NCBI RefSeq assembly: GCF_000143415.4
Contig: NW_003314286.1
Coordinates: 1,110,239-1,174,238, forward strand
Length of the DNA: 64,000 nucleotides
From: Selaginella moellendorffii
Lineage: Eukaryota > Plantae > Lycopodiophyta
Direction of reading: 5' to 3'
Below the pieces are notes generated by a model. It did no database searches and was not told the origin of the DNA. It worked only from the letters and a program-made list of their open reading frames with translations. Positions 22,487 through 32,762 of the stretch are shown in pieces; within the stretch, counting starts at the first letter, position 1; each line of letters opens with the position of its first letter. The position numbers were made by a program, and so were the translations under genes.

Positions 22487-24917
22487 TTAATTTAATGGCA
22501 TTTTCTCCTGCTTCAACCGTTTGCGCCCGGCTTTCTGCTTGGCTTTCATTTTAGCAGCTTCAGCTTCCATTAAACCGTTGAGTGGAATTGCTAGAATCAG
22601 GTCGGGTGTGCTGGGGAACTTCTTCCTCGAGGACGCATCTGGGATTCCGTACTTCTCTGCAATGTCCTGCAATTCCGCTCTGAGAAACATCCCACGGTAT
22701 TTCTGTTTGTCGGCCAGCTGCTCATCCAGTTCGTTCTCTCTCTGCTTCTTCCTGGCCTTCTTTTCGTTTGCAAGCCTCTCCCTCAATTTGCCCAACTCCT
22801 TTAGCAGCGCAATTTCCTCCTCTGTCAACCGCAAACACCTGTCAAAAGCAATCTCTGCTTTTGTGTATGCAACTGTGCCGTCGTCCTGCTCATAATGCGT
22901 CACCAGTTCCTTCGCTTCCTTGTTCTTAGTGCCCTTAGTCTTCTCCGGAGTTCCTGAAACATAGCAAGTTAAGAAAAGCCAAGAAAAGATTCCTAGGCTA
23001 CCTTTCTTCCTGGATGTCGGCTTGTTAGTCTTCTCCGGAGTTCCTGAAACATGCGGGGTCATTAGACAAGAGAAGCCATAATTAAACTACGTTACCTTGT
23101 TCTAACGTCCTGTTTTCCTCGTGCTCCTCCGACGGAAGAGAAGTCGGCTTCGGGCAGACGTACACATAATATAGCTTGAAAGGATCAGTAAGGATTGTCC
23201 ACTGTATAAATTCTTCTCGACGCACGAACTTAAACTCTGTACTTCTGTGAGCTCCGGGGTTGAGGCACACCTGAACGAACCAGAAGTGTAGCATTCCATG
23301 CCCGTCCTTCCAGACAAGCAAGCCGTCAACGTACTTGAAATTAAACGATCCTGTCATGTAGAAAACCTTCTCGTTCGTGTTCAAGTCGCTGGCGGTTATC
23401 AGCTTCGGCTTGCCAGATAAACTTTCAACCCGATCCGCCCGGTAGTTGGTGCCTCGAAAACAGAAGCCCTCGTCCAATACAGCCTCTGCTACAATCCCCT
23501 CGCATATGTATCCTACTTGGGGCCAAACGGTGTTCCTTTCCTTCAGTAGCTGTTGAAGGAGCGCACGCATCTGCGGAGTTCGGTACACATGGCTCTCCCT
23601 CCTTAACAAACGCATCTGGAGATCGAGTTCCCGGATAAACGGAGTGCAAGGAATCGAAGACTCCTGGCCGGCAATAGGGAGAAGAAATCCGTCCACGAGG
23701 TCGGGCTGCTTCCGCATTGACTGGAAATTTTCATCCTCCCTGAATAACGAGACAACCTCACTCCAGTCGCAAGCATCAGCAAGGAATTTATGGCCGGGTG
23801 GCAAACAATGAGCTGACGAAACTATCTCAGTCGTAGACCTAGAGGGTACCTGCCAACGAAGAAACAATTAGCTGAAACATAGTTGATGACCACATACCGG
23901 CCCAGTTTCAGTCTTCCGCTTCAATACCGCCATCGCGAGCGGATTCTCAACTTTCCGCTTGTTGGAAGCAGCACCAGTTATTGTCTTCACGTACTGCGCA
24001 CATTTTTCCTCGAGCAAGTACAAGGACATAGGATGTCTCCCAGCAAGATGGTCCACCACAGCGACACGGTCAGGATTCTCTCGGAGCATCGGGCCGAGAA
24101 TTTTACAAGTCGTGAGAAATGTATTGTACTCCTCCTGCAGTAAGCAAGATAATGACGATACGCGAAGAAAAATCTATTTTACCGAGGTGAAAAGACAATT
24201 GAAATGCTCGTTGATATGTGTTACGTCCACCCGAGTTACGTTGCGCGAAAATGTCTGGAACCTGTGAGTAGACCACTTGTAAAAGACATCTAGCCAGCGG
24301 CTGGCTGCCTGTGCATCTTCTGTATCCTCCAAACGCCTAGGTGAACCGTCCTTGTGTGACTTATCGTAGCGTTCTGCGCCATCAACCAAGAGAAAGAACT
24401 TCTCATTCTGAACTCTGATTTTCAGAAAAGCATCCAGGCTGTCAGGGGAGTCAATAAGCCCAATCTTCTCGACAGCTTCGGCGTCATCGCTGAAGGCGAA
24501 GTAGAGTGCGGCCGTAATCTGTGGGACGAGAGGGGCCATCGCATCTAAGTACCAGATGCATATGATCCTGAGTTTCGGAATCTGGGCCGAGATAAGCAAG
24601 ATTGCCAAGGCCCGCAAAAAGCATGATTTCCCTGAACCCTTTACGCCACTCAAGGAAACTACGCATGAGACATCCAAGGCTGGGTTCTCCCCAATCTTTT
24701 CAACAAGACGCGAAAGTATCTTCCCGTATTCCTGCCGAGTTACAAAATCGAAGACCTTAGACGGCCTCGTGCCTGTTCTAGACCAGGGCAAACCGGGGAA
24801 TGGCAGAGACGCAACGATCTCACCTGGCCTTGGATCGACTAGCTTCCTGAAGTTCTCGTCCCCAAGGGCAATGATCATCTGCTTGATTTGCTCCGCTCGC
24901 ACCGCATCCGCTGCCAT
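22487..24917 (-). CDS. Orphan Crinkler/CR-type protein: P-loop NTPase + PD-(D/E)xK-like nuclease + basic HeH/Rho-N-like tail (~5 exons)
   Basis: Walker A SGVKGSGKS, Walker B FFLLVDG, FTSEE and G.HP..L motifs, then YVDGLLVW...FWFVQV. The four ORF pieces join in frame through canonical GT-AG introns. The true 5' end is uncertain. Confidence 0.65.
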
Positions 24918-25123
24918 TCGGTTGAAACCTTAATATGATATACTTCACGAAGACTAGGTCTCAACTCCAGAGAGCAGTTCCTTCGAGGCCCTGGCAAATT
25001 CTCTTAAGAAAATCGCTTTCTGATTAAGATGGAGCTAAGTGAATTTCTGGCACTCCTTACATTGTGAGCCAACAGGGAGGAAAGAAGAGCTTTTCCCTAA
25101 GCACCCGGGAAGAGTACAGTTTC

Positions 25124-26043
25124 AAGAATATTTAGGGTTCCCGGGAATCTAAGCGCGGACCATCTTTTTATAATAAGTCGTCGTTTTAAGAACATTAAAG
25201 GATCGAGCGATCGCACTGATAGATGATAGCAGCCTGGTGGTGGGGCAGCATTTCTGGAATGCAATGGTGCGGTCCTGTTCAGGGCTCCAACAGGGAGAAG
25301 ATTGTACAGAAGTTAAATGATTTCGTTTCCAGGGATGCTACTACAGCCTCCGAGAGTCCAGCCTTCGCTACTCTCGGCGCGCTTCATTTCTATCCTTTTT
25401 AGTTCATCCTTTCAAGCCTCCACATCAGTAGGATCTTTGATTTTTTTTCCAATCCAATGGTTTGCGTTTTATTGCTAATGCGATCTTCTCAGCACAGCGT
25501 TCCATGGTTATCAAGTTTCACGAGCGTATCTCTTACTGCCTTTTAGGTGCCAATCGATGCGTGCATGGTCGGTGCTCTACATTCGGCCTTTCTTCAGCTG
25601 ATACTCTTTTCTTTCTTTCCTTTTAGTGTAAAATTCCAGGCCGCGGACATTACCGGTGGAACTTCTCTAATGCCGCAACAAGCGGGTTCGCTGTTAGAGA
25701 GTATTTGAGAAAGTTGGAACTTGTTCTTTCTTAGGCACGGTGGATTCACAGTGGATTACACTCAAGGCAATTCATCCAGCTCCCCCGGAGTGGATTTTCT
25801 GGCCTCGTAAGTAGAAGAGAAATAAAACTTCAATCTCAACTTATAACAAACATTCTTTGCAGCCGCTTCTGCCACAAATGCACGATTATCAATCTTCTGC
25901 AAGCAACATAGAGAGTGCTCAACTTGCGGGTAAGTCAAGACTTTTGTGTACTTTGTCTTTTCCATCTCCTGACGCAAGGGGAAAAAAATTACAGCTCAAG
26001 CTTTGCTAGCAGCGGCACGAAGCGCAAGACGCCCGCCTCGTGA
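25124..26043 (+). pseudogene. Deletion-riddled duplicate of TFB4 including its upstream region
   Basis: Co-linear fragments of ~20075-21707 with many short deletions and frameshifts. The 3' end is nearly identical (caagctttgctagcagcggcacgaagcgcaagacgcccgcctcgtga). Confidence 0.9.
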
Positions 26044-26142
26044 CTCTTACACAGAATACAACACTGGTGGTGGCCGACCTCCTGCTGCGGTTTTGGTGGT
26101 ATTAGATCCGACTCCCAGGAAGGGAAAGACAAGTACCTGGAA

Positions 26143-28745
26143 TCAACTCCCTTCGAGGTTGCTCTTCTCGGCCGATGCTTGATTCATGTCGTGCCGCCGC
26201 ACCGCCTCCTTGAGCTTTCTCTGGTGCTCTTCAAGTAGCTCTTCGATGTCTACTGGGGCAGAGAAGCCGGGACGAAGCAGCGGGCCAGAGTGATACATGC
26301 GCTCCTGAGGATCATAGCCCTGCAAAGCAAAAGTATTTAAGTACATTCACAAGCAGCCGATATGACAATGTTACCGCTGGAGTCGGCTGAGAATCTCTCG
26401 CTCCAAACGCTCCGTCCTTGGCCGGGGCCTCGGGAAGATTTGGGGGCCCACGGAACACGTCCGAGCGCCGGGAGTCGAGCTCGTGTTTCCTGTCGGCGGC
26501 CTTGAGCACGCTCCGCAAGTTGTGCTTGGAGAAGTCGCCATCCTTCCCTTGGCCTTGCTCGGCAAAAGACCCGTGCCGTGACGAGCTGCTTGTGATCCTG
26601 TCAACTTCCACTTGTCCGGTGGATGATCGCATTGCCCTGCTCGTCGACCGTTGCGGGGCCATTCTCACGTCCTCGTCTCGTTGCTTCCGGGACCAGTTGG
26701 CAGTCGCTGCTGTCGGGTTCCCAATTGGGCCAGAGCGCGATGATGCTGGAGGCACAAACTGGCGTGGTGGAACCGGTGACGTGCCCCGGACATCCGTGGG
26801 TTGCTGCCCGTATCGCGGAGCTGGAGGCTCCATGGGAAATCCAGATGCTGACTTTTCGGAAAGATACGTAAACTTTTCGCTCTTGCTCTTCGAGGAATGA
26901 GAAGACAAACGCCGTTTCTGACGGAAAAATAAAAAGTAAAAAATAGAAAAATAAAACGTGAGAAAAAAAAGAAAGAAATGCAGCCATTTATTACGAGCAG
27001 AAATTACCTGTACGGAAGCGTGAAGCTCTGCATTGGCGTCGGGCGCAGGCACGGCCCTGCTACGTTCCCTGGAGCCATGCCTCCGGCCTTCTGCAACACC
27101 ATGCTTGGCTGCTCTCTGTCTGGAATGGTAAAAACAAGCACCGCTTTAGTATAATTGGACAAAAGCACGAGGATATAATTACCTCCTGGACTCTTCATCT
27201 CTCATCTTGGCGTCAAATTCCTTGCTCGGAGGATATTTTGGTAGAACAGATGGATCGCATGGAAACGGCTTAGTGTTAAAAAACTGCATGGAAGCACTCA
27301 AGTTAGAATGTTACAAGTGCATGCATGAGCCACTTACATCTGCTTTCAGTGCTCCAGCTGCAGTTCCTCTATCAGCCGGCTCAATCGCAAGAAGAATATC
27401 GAGAAGGGCCAGTGCGGTCGAAGGGAAGTCTTTGTAAGTATCAGCGATGCAGCGTTTGTAAGGCTGCTGCGGCTTAAAAATCGTAGCGTGAGGAAGTTTG
27501 GATTTTTTCCAATACTCTTCCGATGGCGAGCCACATAGCTTAAAAATCTTGTGTAATTGCTCCACCTGTTCGATCAATAAGAAAGGCAGGCGTTACTAAA
27601 CATCGTAAAATAAAAACCAAGGAGCATACTTCCGTTCGCCCAGGCATGATGGGCTTGCCAGCCAGTAATTCAGCTAGTATACAGCCAGTGCTCCAGAGAT
27701 CCACCCCAACACTGTATTCTGTAGCACCGAGTAGTAGCTCCGGCGGCCTGTACCAGAGCGTCACAACCCGGCTAGTTAAAGCAAGGTTCTGGTAGGGGTG
27801 ATAAAACGTCGCCAATCCAAAGTCGGCAATCTTAAGAATCCCGCTGTTATCTATCAAGAGGTTGGACCCTTTGATGTCGCGATGCAGCACGCCTCTGGTA
27901 TGGCAATGATCGAGTCCTCGTATTAATTGTTGTAAGTAGCATTTAACCTGAAATCGCAAAAAACATGTAACTGAAGGAAAAAAAAAGAGAGGGTAGCTTT
28001 TGCAAACCTGTGGTTCTGTGAACATGATGCCCGGACAAGCTGCGAGCCCGGCAAGATCGTGCTCCATGTACTCGAACACAAGGTAGAGGCTGGACGACAT
28101 GCGGGAGGTAACCAGGCCTTCCAGCTTCACCACGTTTGGATGGTCGAGCCTCCTCAGTATCTGGATTTCCCGGGCCATGAACTTGACGCTCTCGGGCTCG
28201 AGGCTGTCAAAGCGGACCTTTTTGAGTGCCACGACCTTTCCAGAGTCGAGATCACGAGCCTTGTATACGTTACTGTAAGTTCCTTGTCCAATCTGCAAAG
28301 ATAAGAAACGTTCCCTCAGGCAACCATATCAAAGAAAACCAAATCCACTTGCGAGCCTTCGTACCTTGTCAAGCTTTTCGAAAGAATCAGCGCGTCGAGG
28401 AATCCAGCCTTTGATCGCCTCCCCAGCCACGGCGGAGAGCCAACCGGGCCACCCCGCGGCAACTTGCTCGCCCTCGGCCTGCTTGGGGATGACGCTTTGA
28501 CGAGGATTTGGATCCTGTGCATGGAGCCTCGCCCGGCGCTTGTCCATGCTATCCTCGCGACCATTTTGTCTCGTCCTGGCTTTGGATCTCTCCCTGTCCT
28601 TTTCCACGATCCCGTTGAGCCCCTCGAGCGTCTCGATCCTCGCAGATCCATTGAAATGCCGCAGCTGTGGCCGCGAGTAGGATTTGGCCTTGGGACTCTC
28701 CTGCGATCTCGAGGTGGAGGACGACTTTGCGCAGATACACCCCAT
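26143..28745 (-). CDS. Plant CDK-like (CKL / At1g54610-type) Ser/Thr kinase, intact copy
   Basis: MGCIC N-terminus, EQVAAGWP.WL, IGQGTYSNVYKA, ESVKFMAREI, HRDIKGSNLL, DFGLA, TSRVVTLWYRPPELL, and C-terminal YHSGPL. Confidence 0.93.
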
Positions 28746-29252
28746 TGGTGCGCTGTGGAGGAGACTCTAGCAAACAATCCCTTCTAGCCCTCTTCCAGTA
28801 GCTCTTCCTTGCTTGCAGCTCTTAGCTGCGGATGAAACCCCAGCTCATTCCCATCCATTGGAATCCGACTCCAGTGGCACCATAATCGCAGCTCCTAGGG
28901 TCGAAAAACCTAAACCCCGGGATCCTCGAGCTAAATTCCAGTAGCGGATGCTTCTCCCAGCTCCCGGAGCGCCGACGAGAGCAAGATCTAGGCTCCCAGA
29001 CAGCATTCACGACCGCGCCGTGGCTGCGCAACACCCCCGCTTCTCCAGCGCCACATCCTACCTTGGATTCTCTTTCGAGCTCTCTCACAGCGCCTTCTTT
29101 CTCATCCCTCGCCCTCGTCGATGATCGCACTGATCGATCGAAAGTTTTGCCACTGCGCAGGAAAAATAGATTTTTAAGTGTTCCCCAAATTAGGTTATAA
29201 GGGTTACTATGACGGGCGCGACGCGTCACTGACGTGTGGCCGTCGCAAGAAA

Positions 29253-31327
29253 ATGGAAGCCATGGATATTTCCATGGCCTTGGCGCCCGATTGCCTGCGC
29301 AATGGCGCTGGCGCTGGAGCGATCGCTGCCGCGGCGAGGGAATTCTCGGCGAGATCGTCTTGCCGGGCGATCGGGATCCAGGTAAGTGATCGATTGCGCA
29401 GTCGTTTTAGCAGCAGGATTGTGATGACCTGATTCCAGCGGGATTCTAGACGAGGCAGCGAAGGCTGCGTTTGATTGCTAATGCTACGATCGATAGGAGC
29501 GCTGGAGATATTGCGCGAGATGCACCAGCGCCAGGTTCTCGATTCTTTTTGTGTGAATTCTTTTTCTTTTCGGTTTTCACGATCAAAACGGTTGCCAGGG
29601 AAGATTAAGATTGATCCGCAGATCTTGCAACCCGTGGATGGATTTCCAGCGCTTCCGCGGACATTTTCTATCACGTATGATTTTTCTTGCGACTGCTAGC
29701 ATCGATTTTCTTATACTTTTGGTACTATGGACAGGATTCATGGAGTTACTTTGGAGGAAGAGTTGGAAAGGTAAAATATTTCTTCGTGTTCAACTTAACT
29801 TGAGTTCTTCTTTCTCAGACTGAAGCAAGACATCAAGGGTGTGGCTGGAGTGATTGATGTTTGCTGGATTGGAGAGCTGGTCCAGGGAGGACCAAGAGGA
29901 GGCTATGTCACAGTCCAGCTTGAGCTTCAAAGCGATGCTACACTAAGGAGTGTTACGAGCGCCATTCAAGCGCTTGACAGCTCCAAGTTGCTGGTTTTGC
30001 CATATAAGAACAACTCCTGGAAATGGAGGTAAGCAACAAGCCTTGTGTTTTCGTTCGCTGTATGACGAAAGTTTTTCATATCAAGGGATTACAAGATCAA
30101 CTTTGGAGTGGCTGGGTGTGGAAATCCGATCATTCTGGTTCATGGATTCGGTAAGCGCCAGAATCAATGTGTTGTAAGTTTGATTTGCTTGTGTCTTTAC
30201 GTTTCTCTAAAGGTGGAAATGCCGGGCACTTCGGAAATCTGCTATCGTATCTAGCGGAAAACAATAAAGTCTACGCGATCGACCTCTTAGGCTTTGGTGA
30301 CTCAGAAAAGCCAAAGCAGGCTGACTACAGCCCGGATTTGTGGGCGGAACTGGTCTGCGGTGAGTTTCTTCCAGTTTTCTTAAGGCCTCCCGACATTGTC
30401 TTGGATAGACTTTGCGCAGGAGTTCACGGAAAACGGAGCTGTGCTGGTTGGAAACTCCATTGGCTCGCTCTCAGCACTCACAGCTGCCGTTAAAGGTGGA
30501 AAGAATACTGTTCGGTAAGAAAGCCGATTCCCACTAATGTCGCTTTTAAGAATGGACTTTTCGTTGTCGTAGTGGACTGGTGCTGCTGAATTGTGCCGGG
30601 GCAATGAACAGGAAAGGCTTAACTCAAGATGGTTTTTTATTGCAGCTGCTGTCGCCCGTGTTCGTAGGTGTTGAATACATACTCGCACAGCCGCGCTTCG
30701 CAAACCTTCTATTCAACAGGTCAGTGCTTTTCTCGGACATGTAGTTTCAATACTCAAGCGCCTATAGATTTCGAAGCAAGGACAACATCAGAAAGATACT
30801 CACTCAGCAAGCCTATTGCAACAAGGAATCTGTCACAGATCAGCTGGTATTTCCATCCATGTTTGCTCTTCCTTCCGCAAAGCTTTTGCTTTACAGGTCG
30901 ATATTCTCTATCATCCGTCAACCGACGAAGGGGCCGTGGACGTCTTTGTCAAAGTCTTCACTGGAAACAATCCAGGTAACTAAACAAATCTCGGTTTAGT
31001 TGTTTGATTTTTTTGTTCCAGGGTCGAGGCCGGAGAAACTTATGTCCGAAGTGGAGATCCCCGTTCTTGTCCTGTGGGGTGATCGAGATGCTTGGACCCC
31101 AGCGAACGGGCCCGTAAGTCATATGTTTTGAGCTCTTGGTCGCCAAAATCCTCATAGTTTTTTTCTCTGGATCGATTCAGGTGGCAAAGTTCTTTGTGGA
31201 TTTGGAGAAGAAGAGAAACGACGTGAAATTCTACGCGCTCGAAGGCGTCGGTCACTGCCCTCACGACGATCGACCCGAGATCGCTGCCGAATACATTCGC
31301 TCTTTCCTATCATCACTTAACTGGTAG
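29253..31327 (+). CDS. Alpha/beta hydrolase (pheophytinase-like family), probably plastid-targeted
   Basis: LVHGFG, YAIDLLGFGDSEKP, VGNSIG, LWGDRD.WTP, GHCPHDDRPE, with a transit-peptide-like N-terminus. Confidence 0.82.
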
Positions 31328-31422
31328 CAACGTTTAATCTTAATTAACACACATTTAAATACTAATCTAATCTTTAAGAATATACCTCGTATCTGGCAAG
31401 AACCCTAGATCTTACTCACTCC

Positions 31423-32700
31423 ATGGCGCTCTTCTTCGTCAAGAACAATTTCTTCCTGGGCGCGTACCAGGAGGCGATCAATGCCGCCGGCAAGCTCAAG
31501 GGATTGTCCGATCAGGAGGCTGCCGAGCGCGACTACTTCGTCTACAGATCGTACATTTCCTGCGGGCTCTACCAGGTAACGAATCTCTCTCTTCTCGCAC
31601 TAGAAGATCACACAATTCGAGTGGATTGCAGATTGTTATCGATGAGATCAAGAGCTCGACCAGCGCCCTGGAAGCTGTGAGGCTGCTTGCTACATACTTC
31701 CTGGGAGAAAAGGTAAACAAAGGATTTCGAAAGAAACAAAGTAGCAGTGTTGTTCCAGGAGTCGGCAAAATCGTCTCTCAAGGACTTGTTAGCGGATCCA
31801 CTGGTTGCTTCCAACAACGACGTGCTTCTCATAGCGGGCATCATCCATGCTCACGAACAAGACTACAATGAAGCGCTCAAGTATACTCATGCTGGAGAGA
31901 CGCTCGAGCTGTAAGTAAAATATATATTTTTTCTTTTTCTCTTCTTTCGTTGGAGAAAACTTTTCTCTTCTTTCGTTGGAGAAAACTTTTGTCTTTGCTT
32001 TGTTTCTCTTTTCATTTTCTTCTCTTCTGATCGAGAGACCCTTTCTTCCAGATGCGCGCTAAACATTCACATGTACATAAAGCTGAATAGAACCGAGCGA
32101 GCCGAGCAGCAGCTAAAAGTCATGCAGCGAATCGACGAGGACCACACTCTCACGCAGCTGGCCAATGCGTGGGTCAATCTAGCGCTCGTGAGTTTTCTCC
32201 TGTCAAGATCTTCGTATAGTTTCTATAACAATCGTGTTTTTGGCCTGGACAGGGAGGCTCCAAGATTCAAGAAGCCTCTTACATATTCCAGGAGCTCTCC
32301 GAGAAGTACTCGTGGACGGTACCGCTCATGAATGGAAGGGCCGTTTGCCACATGCATATGGGCCAGTTTGATGACGCCGAGCAGCTCCTTCTAGACGCTC
32401 TCCTCAAGGTACAAAGTTTTCAAAGCTTTGTTTTTATTATCGATTGATCAAACACCTTTGCTCCAGGATAACAAGGACGCTGACACTCTCGCCAACCTTA
32501 TTGTCTGCTGCCTCCATCTCGGAAAATCCACCACTCGCCATATGAGGTAACTTTGACACTCCGTTTGCTCCAACGTTTTGCTAAGTTTTGTTTTGTTGTT
32601 TGGTAGCCAACTCAAGTCATTGCAGCCGGATCACCCGACGATCCAGCGTCAAGTCGCGGCCGAGACGATGTTCCAGCAGGCACTCCAGGCCATGGGCTAG
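31423..32700 (+). CDS. COPE: Coatomer subunit epsilon
   Basis: NNFFLGAYQ, ERD.FVYRSYI, MQRIDEDHTLTQLA.AW, IFQELSEKY, TLANLIV. Confidence 0.92.
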
Positions 32701-32762
32701 GCGGAGATACTCTCCTTTTTGTATTCCTGACATGAGATAAATCGCCAGAATCTTCTTTCCTT

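Noticed and set aside
31935-31990. 26-bp duplication in a COPE intron
   Set aside because: Ordinary slippage duplication with no evident consequence.
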